Notes: generated by a model from the sequence alone, not told the origin. A stretch of DNA of 64,000 nt from Hyaloraphidium curvatum SAG 235-1 (GCA_025558095.1 JAIVFI010000026.1:372001-436000); one strand, 5' to 3'. Shown: positions 1 to 9,841, counted from the stretch's first letter. Made by a program: numbers and translations.

Positions 1-403
1 CCTTGATGCTAAGAGCCCAGAGCCAGGTCTCCATGTTCCACTCGCGGCCTACTGCTTCCAATCTAGTCTGCAGCTTCTGGCGCCGCTCCGCATTTGCTGA
101 ACAGTGAAACAGAAAGTGTTGTTCGTCTCCAATGTGCTCAGGGTCATGCTTGCACGTTCTCTGCTGCACCTCAAGTCCTTGGTGCCTGCCTGTCTCCACC
201 TCCAGGTCGTGGGTAGAGCACAGCAACTTTTGGACATCCCTCCGGTGCTTCTCCACCTGGATCAGGGATGGTCCGATGTGGCCAAAGGTCATGTCACACA
301 TCCTCCAAAAGTGCAGTTTGTCGTTGTCCTTGAGCCTCTGGGCATTGATCTCCCTGAACTTGCCCTTCACAAGATTCTCCACAGTCTCCTTGGGCCATGA
401 GAA
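1..403 (-). mobile_element. Non-LTR retrotransposon (LINE) relic, RT C-terminal Zn-finger region
   Basis: Minus strand reads HDLEVETGRHQG...RTCKHDPEHIGDEQHFLFHC, a typical LINE ORF2 C-terminus. A close direct copy lies at ~48042-48390. The segment is CpG-poor and is cut at 403 by an LTR-like sequence. Confidence 0.75.
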
Positions 404-627
404 TGTTGGAATGGATTGTTGCTACGATTCTGTATCAATAGGGAGTCTATTGGCGTGTGGGGATACTTGGGTACGACCGGAGGGGTCATCTAGGGACTTG
501 TCATCGCAAGGGAATGGACAACGGGTCAACGTGAAACTGTCCCTCTCCCCATCCCGTCCATCTGAGTTCAGACCCGGTTCAGACCACTGGGGCTACGTCT
601 TCCCCATGCCCCATAGCCACTCCAACA
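404..627. mobile_element. LTR-like sequence (TGTTGG...CCAACA)
   Basis: Starts TGTTGGAATGGAT and ends AGCCACTCCAACA (11/13 inverted match). It interrupts the LINE relic exactly at 404 and is followed by TTTGG (possible PBS start). No TSD seen. Confidence 0.55.
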
Positions 628-637
628 TTTGGAGCAT

Positions 638-738
638 TCCGCGCGAAGAAGACGAATGTTGCGCGCATAGTAAAATTTGGTGCATAGTTTTTGGGATGAG
701 TCGCGCATAGTATTGGGATGATGTGCGCACAGTTTTTG
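638..738 (+). repeat. Left (sub)terminal inverted repeat, GCGCATAGT array
   Basis: GGTGCATAGTTTTTGGGATGAGTCGCGCATAGT...GCGCACAGTTTT versus the right-end reverse complement GGCGCATAGTTTTAGGATGAGGCGCGCATAGT...GCGCACAGTTTT. Confidence 0.75.
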
Positions 739-964
739 CGTTGCGCTTTTTCACCTTCCAGATCGGTCCTCCTTACCTCTCTGTGGGAAAAGGCCAAGAT
801 TAACGCACTCAGACGCGACCAGAATGATCAAATCTAGCTAGGTAGGTGCCGCACTGGGTGTGTTGTTCATTGAAACGCAGTACGCGTCTCGCTGATCGGA
901 AGGCCTTCGACGACTTCGCGCAAGAGGTCAATTCCGTCCCCATTCACGGGATATCGGACAGTTG

Positions 965-1492
965 TTAGGCACGGTTGACACGTCTCGCAAGGAAAGCTGA
1001 GCCCATAGTTCCACTATGAAGCAAGTCATTCCCATCTCCCATCTCACACGAGCGAATCGGCAAACAAACCTTCTTGCATCGAACGCATTTCCAATCAGAG
1101 CCTTTGCCTTCGGTGGTGCTTTCGAGGTGCTCTCTCATGTCCGAACAGAAGTCCATGTCGCCAAACGCTTCGGCCGCGCCCGTCGGGCGATTGTCACTTT
1201 CGAGCCTGTTCCACTCCCCAACCGCCGTGGTGAACTGCATCATCCGAAACGTGTTGACGGTGTGTGCTGACAATTTGACGCCCTTCCACTTCGCAAGCTG
1301 CTCTTCCAAGAAGTCGCCCATGTACCCGCTCCTTGGTTTGACAAGTCTATCACCACACTTCGCGCTGGTTGCCGAGTAGTGGTCCGCCTTTCCACACCGA
1401 TGACATTTCGCGTCCATGGCTACCCGCGTTTCGGGCGAATTGGATGTGGAACTTGCCAACTCTGAGATGGCAGTCGGGCACATTCTGCTCAA
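965..1492 (-). CDS. Small Zn-knuckle protein
   Basis: CHRCGKADHYSATSAKC and CVRC motifs; start uncertain. Confidence 0.4.
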   Translation of the reverse strand: MSRMCPTAISELASSTSNSPETRVAMDAKCHRCGKADHYSATSAKCGDRLVKPRSGYMGDFLEEQLAKWKGVKLSAHTVNTFRMMQFTTAVGEWNRLESDNRPTGAAEAFGDMDFCSDMREHLESTTEGKGSDWKCVRCKKVCLPIRSCEMGDGNDLLHSGTMGSAFLARRVNRA

Positions 1493-1568
1493 AACCGCTG
1501 GCAGTGGCCTGCGTCACCCTTCCATACAACAAGAAACCGCCCAACTTCGTTGAACCTCTGCATTCGCA

Positions 1569-2114
1569 TCACGAAACAGAGATCTCCGCTAGACTAATCT
1601 TGCGAATCGGCGCCACCTGCGGCTGCAATTGCCAATGCCGCTCACCGCCGCTCTCCCGCGGCCGCCGACGCCTCTGCCGCCTGCTGCCGCCTTGCGCCAG
1701 TGCGCCCGGGCGCTGACCGACGCATCTGAAGTTGCCGATGTCTCCGGGCCCAGATCGACGCCTCTGCATCGAATGCAAGCGCTCCTCTGCGATCCGGACA
1801 CTGCCGGACGTCACCGCCAGACCTTGGTGCACTCCAATGAGGTAAATGAAAAACGGATGGAGGGGAAGTAATGGAGCAACAAGCACCAAGATGAAGGATA
1901 TCCCGAGCAGGGACCATCCAATGAAGGTGTTTGGCCCCAGGTGCCCGTGTTTGCTTGTATCGCTGAAAGGCAACGCAAAGAAGAACATCAGGAACACCAT
2001 GGGTGCTGCGACAATGAAGCTCACGATTGCTAGTACGACGTACACCGGGATGTTGACCCGCGTCGGGGGCACAACTGTGGCCGACATTGATGAATCCCTC
2101 GTCTGCAAAAGCAC
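1569..2114 (-). CDS. Hypothetical membrane protein
   Basis: Two long hydrophobic segments (IPVYVVLAIVSFIVAAPMVFLMFFFAL; FIGWSLLGISFILVLVAPLLPL). Confidence 0.5.
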   Translation of the reverse strand: MLLQTRDSSMSATVVPPTRVNIPVYVVLAIVSFIVAAPMVFLMFFFALPFSDTSKHGHLGPNTFIGWSLLGISFILVLVAPLLPLHPFFIYLIGVHQGLAVTSGSVRIAEERLHSMQRRRSGPGDIGNFRCVGQRPGALAQGGSRRQRRRRPRESGGERHWQLQPQVAPIRKISLAEISVS

Positions 2115-2135
2115 TCCTCCTACCGTCTGCCCTTC

Positions 2136-3419
2136 TCACTCGGCACCCCGCCAGCGACGTCCGTGCCAGAGCACACCGGGTCTGGAACTCCCCCTCCCCG
2201 TCAGCTCAAACAACAGGGCGTTGATCTCCCCGAGCAGAAAGTAAGACCGCCACTGCAATCGGGCCGGTGCATCACGTGGTTCATTCCAGTCATCGTAGAT
2301 TGCGTGGAAATCAATCTCATCCTGGAAGGAGTCGGCCAACTGCCGTAGCCCTTCGATGAAAGCAAAGTCCGAATCTCGCCACCGCAGTGCCGAAACCAAG
2401 CCTTGCACCATTGCTGGATGCATCCACGGCCGCAAGGCCTGGTCCAGCCTCTCTGGTACCAGCAAGCGCAGATTGACCCCCGTGTCCATGAGTTCAACCC
2501 AATCCACGGCGTCAAAGTCTTGAAAGTGCGACTTTTCGGCCGCAATACGCTCGGCAGCTGCGGCGAGACACTCCAGTGCAGAGGCGTTCCGCCACGGATT
2601 AAGGCCCGCTGCCAGCTCCAACCAGCGTCCACCGGCCTCCAGTGCCTTGCGCACGCGCCGTGCGACACGCCGTGAACCGGCGATCTCGGCAGCGTAGAAC
2701 TGACAAAGCGTGAGCGCTTGTCGATAGCTCGCCTGCGAGAGATCGAAACACTGAATCGACGGTGGTGCGCACAGCTCAAGAACGCTCAATAGCGAAATAT
2801 CCTCTTCGTCGCCGTTGTCCTCCCAGAGACGCAGAGACCGATGGTTGAACGGGCGTCCGACAAGGCGATATGAAGACAGGAAGTCCAATGACAGGTCAGC
2901 CCCGCTCCTCTGCGCCTCAGACGCTGCTTCGAAGAGCTGCGGATCACCAATACCGTAGATGCGGAGGATGTCATTTGTTGCGACGCACTTGACGTTGCCG
3001 CCAATGACGTCCGTGATGAGATGTCCCCAATTGTTGCACCGAAACCGAGTGTCAGAGCTCATCGCATCACTTCTCATCCCGGCACTGGCAATGTCGAGAA
3101 GACAGTTGTCCGCCATGTGTCGGCGAACGTCGTCAGATGAGCAGATGAGAACGGCCATTTCGCGGTTCTCCGGATCCCGGATCCATGACGCGTCGTCCAA
3201 TGAATGAAACAGCAGCGGGGTCTCCGTCATGAGCCAGTACAGCCTTTCGGCGGCGACCCGGGGGCCGTATCGCGCGATAAAGGCCGCCGCGCGGGTGTGC
3301 GAGTCAAACGCTGCGCGGGTCGCTCGACACGTGACGGACAGCCGATACGCCGCTCCCGCCGGGAGATAGGCGGCGATGCGGATCAAAAGCTCAACGGGAA
3401 ATCGTGGAAGGGCGGCCAT
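2136..3419 (-). CDS. F-box-like protein
   Basis: N-terminal LPRFPVELLIRIAAYLP...LSVTCR F-box pattern from the ATG at 3419. Confidence 0.65.
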   Translation of the reverse strand: MAALPRFPVELLIRIAAYLPAGAAYRLSVTCRATRAAFDSHTRAAAFIARYGPRVAAERLYWLMTETPLLFHSLDDASWIRDPENREMAVLICSSDDVRRHMADNCLLDIASAGMRSDAMSSDTRFRCNNWGHLITDVIGGNVKCVATNDILRIYGIGDPQLFEAASEAQRSGADLSLDFLSSYRLVGRPFNHRSLRLWEDNGDEEDISLLSVLELCAPPSIQCFDLSQASYRQALTLCQFYAAEIAGSRRVARRVRKALEAGGRWLELAAGLNPWRNASALECLAAAAERIAAEKSHFQDFDAVDWVELMDTGVNLRLLVPERLDQALRPWMHPAMVQGLVSALRWRDSDFAFIEGLRQLADSFQDEIDFHAIYDDWNEPRDAPARLQWRSYFLLGEINALLFELTGRGSSRPGVLWHGRRWRGAE

Positions 3420-3579
3420 GAGTCGACGGGGCAGGGTTAGTTCAGAATTGCAAGTGGTGTTGGGGCCACAGCTCACAGTTTGCGGCAACTCAACTCGCCC
3501 TCAGCACTCGCACCGGAAGAAATAGATTCCAGATAAGCCTCTTGCCATATGACCACGGGGACGTCTTCCCCTGTCAGCT

Positions 3580-3611
3580 GTGATACGGCAGAGCTGCGTG
3601 TACCGTATCAC
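3580..3611. promoter_or_regulatory. Putative tyrosine-recombinase core site (13-6-13 inverted repeat)
   Basis: GTGATACGGCAGA-GCTGCG-TGTACCGTATCAC, arms 11/13 complementary, ~155 bp upstream of the recombinase. Confidence 0.4.
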
Positions 3612-3765
3612 CAGGAGATCACGGAACAATCGCACTAAGGTACCATAATGATTACGGAGGCGTCATTTTTCTGGCCGGCCGAACGCTTTAATCCATTTTA
3701 TTGCTTCCCGTGGAGCGCATTTTTGTGAGTTCTTTATTCTCATTGCTCGCCTCATCGTGTCCAGG

Positions 3766-5247
3766 ATGACGGAAGCGATTCGTGGAGCAGACATCGATGT
3801 GGACGAGGTCCAGGAGTTTCCGATTAGGCTGGTAAAGCGCCCGTCGCAGCGTGACCGCAAGAACCAGAAGAGCATTCGCTCGAAAGCGAGAGCTTGGGAA
3901 AGGGTCGATGAATTGATTGCAGCCGGAAAGAAGCGCTTTCCCGGTTTTGCGTCCCTGGACGGGCGCTTCCTGGAGTGGTTGAAAGCAAATCCGAAGGCGA
4001 ACGGTTCTGTCCACAGTCCCGTAACGCTTCTGCAGTATCACACCGTATCCGGAATCATTGGTCGTTTGATCGTAGGAAAGAAGCGCGGCATCGCTTACGC
4101 AGAGACCTTCCTTCAACTCCCAGTGGACGATCCTTCCGTGCAAAACTTCCGGGTTTGGTTGAACTACTACACACCCGAACGCATCTGGAGGCTTGTCCAG
4201 AAACACACATCCAATTTCGCTTCCCAGAGCGCATTCGCAGTGGCTCTCCTGAAGATGTTTACCTTTCATCGTGGATCCTCCGACCACGCAGACGTGATGT
4301 TCTTCACTGACAAAATCAAGGAGCTAGGGAAGATGACAGCTGTTGCAAAGCGATTGCAGCTGCCGCAGTTGGGCGCGGGGGACCTTCAAGTCGAATTTCG
4401 CACAATTCGAGACAAGGTACGGAGCTACGCGGAAAACATCCTCACGCGTTTTGAAGCAGCACCACCTGACGTGATTCAGAGAGGACTATCCGAAATACAG
4501 GCAGCTGCCATCACATCGCTTTACGTCCTGCACCCGCCTTCGCGTGCAGACTACGCATACCTTCGATTCACTCCCTCGAAAACCCACAACTACTTTGATG
4601 GTGGGGAGAACAGTCTTGTGTTTGTTAATTTCAAAACGGCCGCTACGTACGGTGTTGTTCGCGTCAAGATTGAGAATCCGATCGTGAGTCGACTTTTGCA
4701 CTTGCTCGCTGACAAGATCCGATCGCAGAATGGGGATCGCTACGTGTTCATGTCGCGACCCGGTAAGGCTTTTTCGACTGAGGCCGGGTTTGGACAACAC
4801 GTCGGCTACTGTTTCCGGCGTGTAACCGGCACGGCGCTTCGTCCTACCGCACTCCGGCGTCTCTATTTGAGCGATCACGCGAACGGCACCGTTGATCAGA
4901 ACGGGGAACACCGAGTGCCTTCCATGGAGGAAAACACGTCGCTTGCACGCAACATGATGCACAGCGTGGGCATGCAGGCATCCTACCGTCGGATGCCAAC
5001 GCTAGATCACATTCGGTCTACGATTCCTACCAACGACCCTGCGGTGCCCCGTGACGTTGCTTCGGCTGCAATCGAAGCTGTTGGTCGGATGCAGGCCGTG
5101 CAAGCTGACGGGTCAAGGGAGCAGCGCCTGGCGTGGGAAAAGGCCAAGCGCGACCTGGTGCGAAAAGCGGTGGAGATCGACGAGGCGCGTGAAGCAGCCG
5201 CTAAACGGCATCGTGAGAGACTCCACCAGAGGCGGTTGTCACAGTAG
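3766..5247 (+). CDS. Tyrosine recombinase/integrase (PLV/virophage/NCLDV-type)
   Basis: HPPSRADY (R), NFKTAATYG (K), RPTALRRLYLS (second R; H of HxLR absent), LARNMMHS...QASY (H, Y nucleophile). Intronless. Confidence 0.85.
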   Translation: MTEAIRGADIDVDEVQEFPIRLVKRPSQRDRKNQKSIRSKARAWERVDELIAAGKKRFPGFASLDGRFLEWLKANPKANGSVHSPVTLLQYHTVSGIIGRLIVGKKRGIAYAETFLQLPVDDPSVQNFRVWLNYYTPERIWRLVQKHTSNFASQSAFAVALLKMFTFHRGSSDHADVMFFTDKIKELGKMTAVAKRLQLPQLGAGDLQVEFRTIRDKVRSYAENILTRFEAAPPDVIQRGLSEIQAAAITSLYVLHPPSRADYAYLRFTPSKTHNYFDGGENSLVFVNFKTAATYGVVRVKIENPIVSRLLHLLADKIRSQNGDRYVFMSRPGKAFSTEAGFGQHVGYCFRRVTGTALRPTALRRLYLSDHANGTVDQNGEHRVPSMEENTSLARNMMHSVGMQASYRRMPTLDHIRSTIPTNDPAVPRDVASAAIEAVGRMQAVQADGSREQRLAWEKAKRDLVRKAVEIDEAREAAAKRHRERLHQRRLSQ

Positions 5248-5763
5248 TCGCTCCGCCGAATAGATCTCCGTGAGTTCAGGATCTTCCATCATGTCGCGGG
5301 CAACCAGTCTTAGCACGGTGAGAAGCCCGCGCCGCCAACTCAGTGTCCATTTGTTGGCTGGCGACGTGAGAATGTGCAAGACGGTTTCGTGATCCTTGAT
5401 CCAATCAAATGTGCGAGGAATCTCCGTCCACTGCAATGTGGAAGCCACCCGCATCAGTCGCTTCCACGTCTTGCGGTCGGCAAGGTCCCCAGTGACGTCG
5501 CGCGACGCACGGTGGAGCCGACAGAGCAGCATCAACCTCCGACGGTAAGTCAGTTCCGTTGAGTTCGACCAGACAAACTCTTTCGCTCCCGCCGCGGCAA
5601 GCAAAGTGATCGGATGGCTTGCAATCGCCGCCTTGTCATCAGCCGTTTGTGCGGGACGGCCGAATCGTGTCGCTTGCGGTTCGACGGCTGCCATGGATTG
5701 TGCTGCGATCTTGACGTCCATCGGAGGATGTATTTCTGGCCCCGTAGACGGCATCGGGGCCAT
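5239..5763 (-). CDS. Small helical protein, paralog 1 of 4 (recombinase core-binding-like)
   Basis: WSNSTELTYRRRL...EIPRTFDWIKD...WRRGLLTVLRL, pattern shared with 6193-6630 and 6678-7160. Confidence 0.7.
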   Translation of the reverse strand: MAPMPSTGPEIHPPMDVKIAAQSMAAVEPQATRFGRPAQTADDKAAIASHPITLLAAAGAKEFVWSNSTELTYRRRLMLLCRLHRASRDVTGDLADRKTWKRLMRVASTLQWTEIPRTFDWIKDHETVLHILTSPANKWTLSWRRGLLTVLRLVARDMMEDPELTEIYSAERLL

Positions 5764-6220
5764 GGGTTACACCAAAGACGATGCGCTATCGCGTGCCATC
5801 GCTAAGGCAGCAGAACAGGCCGGTTGGAGCCCTTCGTCGACCGATCTCAATCGAAAGGCCATTCTCCGTGTTGCAGCGCTCTACACCGCAACTCGCACCC
5901 TGAGACAGGAAGGCAAGCGGGACCCAGATTGGATTCTCATCGATCGCAAGGCCCGCCGGCTACGCGGCCCGTTCTCGACGTCGGTGCTCAGAAAACCTCG
6001 CTTCTTCAAATGGCTGTCGAAGCGAGCACCGTGGACCGCTCCACGTATCAGAAACGTAAGATGGGCGTTGATGGCAGCCGCCTACGCCGCCTTTGGCGTG
6101 GGTGCAGACGAGGTGTTTTCCCGGCGGGTGGCGGCGATCCGAAGGATTGAAAAGGTGGTCTTGACGAGTGGGAGGCGCGGGTTGACGATGGTTCAACAGG
6201 GGGAAGAAGAGGAGGTCTGA
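5762..6220 (+). CDS. Small helical protein, paralog 2 of 4
   Basis: MGYTKDDALSRAIAKAAEQAGWSPSSTDLNRKAILRVAALY matches IAKSIGKAAKAAQWTKAS...LRRIAALF and ALDRAARELRWSAAT...ILRLAKLY. Confidence 0.65.
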   Translation: MGYTKDDALSRAIAKAAEQAGWSPSSTDLNRKAILRVAALYTATRTLRQEGKRDPDWILIDRKARRLRGPFSTSVLRKPRFFKWLSKRAPWTAPRIRNVRWALMAAAYAAFGVGADEVFSRRVAAIRRIEKVVLTSGRRGLTMVQQGEEEEV

Positions 6221-6630
6221 GGCGTTGACTGGCGCCTTTGGCGGTACGCTGATTCGTTGTACTGCAGGGCCAGATGCGGATCGTCCAAAAAGACATCAGA
6301 AATGAGGCGAAGAACCTGGAAGAGGTTGGCTCTCCACCGGATTCTGTGCGGATCGTCGTCAGCACTCAGAATGTGGTCCAGAACATGCACGTCACGGATC
6401 CATCGGAAGCTGGCCGGGAGCTCATTCGCGGGGATCATGCGGGCAAGGGCGTCGATGTCGTCAAACATCGGAGTTGATGCGTTGCGTTGTCGGAGTGCCT
6501 GGAAGGCCGCGTACAGCTTGGCGAGACGGAGGATATGGTTCTTTGTGTTGCGGTGCGTGGCCGCACTCCAGCGCAGCTCACGGGCTGCACGATCAAGCGC
6601 AGTGTTGTAGAAGTGCGTCGCCGCAGTCAT
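6193..6630 (-). CDS. Small helical protein, paralog 3 of 4
   Basis: RAARELRWSAATH...ELPASFRWIRD...WRANLFQVLRL...DPHLALQY. Confidence 0.7.
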   Translation of the reverse strand: MTAATHFYNTALDRAARELRWSAATHRNTKNHILRLAKLYAAFQALRQRNASTPMFDDIDALARMIPANELPASFRWIRDVHVLDHILSADDDPHRIRWRANLFQVLRLISDVFLDDPHLALQYNESAYRQRRQSTPQTSSSSPC

Positions 6631-6677
6631 CGATGAGGGTTGAACGGCAAAAACGTCTTCCTACATCTGCCGATTCG

Positions 6678-7160
6678 TCAACCGAGGGCGTCCGGTTGGT
6701 CTGCGTAGTCACCAATTGCAATCTGCGAAGTCTTTGCCGGAAGTGCCTGCTCTTGCTTGAGGTTCCGGGCGCTGTACTTGGATGCGAGGATCCGGTCGCC
6801 GAGGAAGAGTTCCGCAGCCATCTTCAGGGCAGAGATCGACCCGCGTTTGTACGACGGCGATCCCCCAAGCCGAGCCACGATGCCTTGAACGACTCTCCGA
6901 TCCCTCAGCCACGCAAAACTCTTTGGCAATTCGCTTCTGGGCAGCCTTCGTGAGATGTCGTCAATCAACTCCCACGATTCGTCGTCAAGTTTGTCGGGTT
7001 CAACACTGTCCAAGCGATTCCGCAGCTTGCGAAGAGCGCAGAACAGGGCTGCGATTCTCCTCAGCCTGTGCGAATAGGAGTCGGCCGACGCTTTGGTCCA
7101 TTGCGCCGCTTTGGCGGCTTTGCCAATGCTCTTGGCGATGAGATCCGGTTCCTTCGGCAT
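6678..7160 (-). CDS. Small helical protein, paralog 4 of 4
   Basis: KAAKAAQWTKASADSY...ELPKSFAWLRD...YKRGSISALKM...DRILASKY. Confidence 0.7.
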   Translation of the reverse strand: MPKEPDLIAKSIGKAAKAAQWTKASADSYSHRLRRIAALFCALRKLRNRLDSVEPDKLDDESWELIDDISRRLPRSELPKSFAWLRDRRVVQGIVARLGGSPSYKRGSISALKMAAELFLGDRILASKYSARNLKQEQALPAKTSQIAIGDYADQPDALG

Positions 7161-7199
7161 TTTGGCTTGGCCCCGGTGACAGCGAACGTGCGAAAAAGA

Positions 7200-7931
7200 T
7201 CAACCCCACCAAAACTTCCAGAGGCATCCTCGCTTGCGGCGGACGACATGCATTGACTCGTCGGTCGGTTCCGAATCCAGCGCCTCTAGCCGTTGTAGCT
7301 GCCGATCGATGTCTGCAAGCATTCGCGTCGTCTCCCTGTCCAAATCCTCGGCCAGTCGCATCTTGCGTCTTGCCGCATCCTCCAGCACGCGTGCGCGTTC
7401 TATGCGGAGCTCTTCGACTTCGGCGGCGGGGTTTGCGAACTCCGATGGGGGCTCAATGTTGAAGCACGATCGGAACGACGCCAGCACCGCCTCGTCGATT
7501 GGAGTCGGGGAGATCAAGCGGGTTGCCGTTCTGCGATTGTCGTCGACCACGCGTCGGTAGATGCAGATGGGCTGGAATTCGCGGAACAGTGCTGCCATGC
7601 GTCTGGCGAGATCTTCCGTGTCGTTGGGTGCTGCGCCGAGGAACTGTGCCAGCTTGGTCCGTTTCACCCCCTCCCGCGGGTACGGCGCGGCGGAAGACAG
7701 CAGCCCATGGAGCTTTGCCCAGCCCAACAAGACTCTCTCTGCCTCCAGAGCCTGTGCGCGATCGACAAAGGCTGCTCTGACAATGTGCTTCATCTGACGT
7801 TGAGCGTAATCCCGGGTCGGATCGGTGGAATACCCCACCTTGGCGAGGTTTGGGTTCGTTGCGTGCACTGCCAAATACACGTAGCAGAGGCTGTCGATCC
7901 GGAAACAGGCGCCCGCGGGGATGTCGGACAT
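7200..7931 (-). CDS. GIY-YIG/T5orf172-like protein with C-terminal coiled coil
   Basis: YVYLAVHATNPNLAKVGYSTDP...ALEAERVLL pattern. Confidence 0.65.
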   Translation of the reverse strand: MSDIPAGACFRIDSLCYVYLAVHATNPNLAKVGYSTDPTRDYAQRQMKHIVRAAFVDRAQALEAERVLLGWAKLHGLLSSAAPYPREGVKRTKLAQFLGAAPNDTEDLARRMAALFREFQPICIYRRVVDDNRRTATRLISPTPIDEAVLASFRSCFNIEPPSEFANPAAEVEELRIERARVLEDAARRKMRLAEDLDRETTRMLADIDRQLQRLEALDSEPTDESMHVVRRKRGCLWKFWWG

Positions 7932-8051
7932 GATTCGGCCGTTTTTCGCTGTTTGGGCTTAAGGTGCTCAGGTGGCTTCCCGGGTCCTCGAAACGTCTTC
8001 CCGCCGCTGCCAAAAAACTCCGGAAAAGGGGAGACCCAGTAGAACGACGGC

Positions 8052-8834
8052 ATGCTGCAGCTTCCGGAGCTTGACACGGCAGGGATCGCGGCGATTGCCA
8101 AAGAGATCCCGTACGGCGTGTGGTTCATCTGCGGCAAACGCGGATCGGGCAAATCGGTCCTCGCCAAGTGGATCATGAGCGCAGTTGCCGAGCGCTTCGG
8201 GCTCTTTGTTGCCGTTTCGTCCACGGAGGGGTTCAATCGCCACTATTCGAGCTTTCTGCCCAAGGCCTTCTGCCATCACGCATACAGCCCCGAAGCGCTT
8301 GCACGGATCGTCGATGCCCAGAGCCGCCGCGTGAAAGAGTTGGGCGTCTCCAAGGAAACCAGCCTTCTTCTAGTGCTTGACGACGTGTTGCATGACGGTC
8401 AAGAGCTCTTCAAAGACAAGAATCTGAAGCACATCTTCATGAACGGCCGACACATTGGAATCTGTCTTCTCCTGCTTGTGCAATACATTGTCGCCGTGCC
8501 GTTGGCTCTCCGCAGCAACGTCGACATCACAATCAGCTTCGCAGACGACACATACGACGTAAGACAGCGTCTTTGGAAACTGGCCGGTGGAAGTCTGAAG
8601 TACCCTCAATTCTGCGAGTTCTTCAACCGCGCTACGGAAGGTAGAAGGGCGCTCGTCATTGTCGCGCGTGCAACAAAACAGGGAAAGATGTTTTGGGTGC
8701 TTGCCAAAGACGCCCCAAGTCTGCGCCTTGGCAGTGACTTGATGTGGTCCTTTCAGCGCCGCTGGGGCATTGACCGTCTGCCCAGGGCGGAGCAGGCTCT
8801 GTACCGCTCCAGATTCGTCGCAGTGAGCAAGTAG
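8052..8834 (+). CDS. A32-like virion DNA packaging ATPase (FtsK-HerA family)
   Basis: Walker A GKRGSGKS, Walker B LLLVLDD, arginine finger MNGRH, and LLVQY; 260 aa. Confidence 0.9.
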   Translation: MLQLPELDTAGIAAIAKEIPYGVWFICGKRGSGKSVLAKWIMSAVAERFGLFVAVSSTEGFNRHYSSFLPKAFCHHAYSPEALARIVDAQSRRVKELGVSKETSLLLVLDDVLHDGQELFKDKNLKHIFMNGRHIGICLLLLVQYIVAVPLALRSNVDITISFADDTYDVRQRLWKLAGGSLKYPQFCEFFNRATEGRRALVIVARATKQGKMFWVLAKDAPSLRLGSDLMWSFQRRWGIDRLPRAEQALYRSRFVAVSK

Positions 8835-8945
8835 AGGATCCACGTCGCCGGTTCACCATCCTGCTCATTCGGTCCGTCCACGCTCCGCAGGCACCGATGA
8901 CGGGCGCTTCATTCGGCCTTGCCTTTTTTCCACGGCGGTCGCAGC

Positions 8946-9836
8946 ATGACGACGTCCCTTGCAGAGCAGGCCGCGCTTTCCGCGGCTTTGTTTAGCCGGC
9001 GCGACGAGGAAATCGTCGCGCTGGAGCTCTCTGCGATCCGCACGGCGGTCTCCTTCATGTCGCGATTCGGCCACTCGCACACCCTGCACCAGATCGCGAC
9101 ATTCACGCCCGGTCATTCGACGTACAGCATCCACAGCGTGACTCAAAAGGTCCTTGACGCTCTCAACGCCGAGGGATTCGCCGCCGTGCCCCTACCATCC
9201 CACAGGCCCGGCGCCATCGTCGTCGCCTGGGGCGACGCCGGCGATCGTCTGTCAGCGGCTCAAATGGCCATGCGGCGCGCGGAAAGGCGAGCGGAACGGC
9301 ATGCAAAGGCACGGGCAGACGCAGGCAAGGCGCTGAGGGCCGAGTCGCCGCAGCTGGCCGAGTCGCGGCGAGAGACGGCAAATGGGAAGCGACGGGAGGG
9401 GTCGCGAAGCTCAGGTCGGAAGCGAAAGCGGGACCGGGCGGACTGCGGGAGAAGCGACAGCGAGGCGACAGCCGTTGCGTCGACGGTCGGCAGCAGGAGC
9501 AGCTTGGCGTCGGCGGCTACAGCGGCCACAGTAGCAGCAGGGGCGGTAGCTCCGGCGGTGCCGACGGTGGCGCCGGCAGCGGTCGGTGTCCGCCGGCGTC
9601 TCTACGTGCCCGGAGAGAGCGTTGCTGAGAGCGCCAGCAGCCGCGCTCCGCAGCGGACCGCCGCCCCCGCCCGGGATCCCGTCGCGACGCTGATTACGCG
9701 GCCGTCAGCCGTCGTTCCGCGGCAGCGGGAGGAGCCGAGGATCCTTCTTCCGACCCCGACGCCCCAGGAGCTGGCGTTGTTTTCCTTTTGCGACCATGCA
9801 CAGGTCACACTCCCGCCCGGAATTCCGACCACCTAG
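8946..9836 (+). CDS. Protein resembling a conserved NCLDV family of unknown function, with low-complexity tail
   Basis: HQIATFTPGHSTYSIHSVTQKVLDALNAEGFAAV...AIVVAW fits the remembered pattern VP.F..G.P.Y...L...GF.V...L.ISW (possibly DUF5759, from memory). Confidence 0.55.
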   Translation: MTTSLAEQAALSAALFSRRDEEIVALELSAIRTAVSFMSRFGHSHTLHQIATFTPGHSTYSIHSVTQKVLDALNAEGFAAVPLPSHRPGAIVVAWGDAGDRLSAAQMAMRRAERRAERHAKARADAGKALRAESPQLAESRRETANGKRREGSRSSGRKRKRDRADCGRSDSEATAVASTVGSRSSLASAATAATVAAGAVAPAVPTVAPAAVGVRRRLYVPGESVAESASSRAPQRTAAPARDPVATLITRPSAVVPRQREEPRILLPTPTPQELALFSFCDHAQVTLPPGIPTT

Positions 9837-9841
9837 TGCGA

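Noticed and set aside
3766-5247. Starship captain (DUF3435) or Crypton assignment
   Set aside because: The motif layout (PPxRxDY, FKT..YG, MxHS..Q..Y), lack of introns and viral neighbours fit PLV/NCLDV-type recombinases better.
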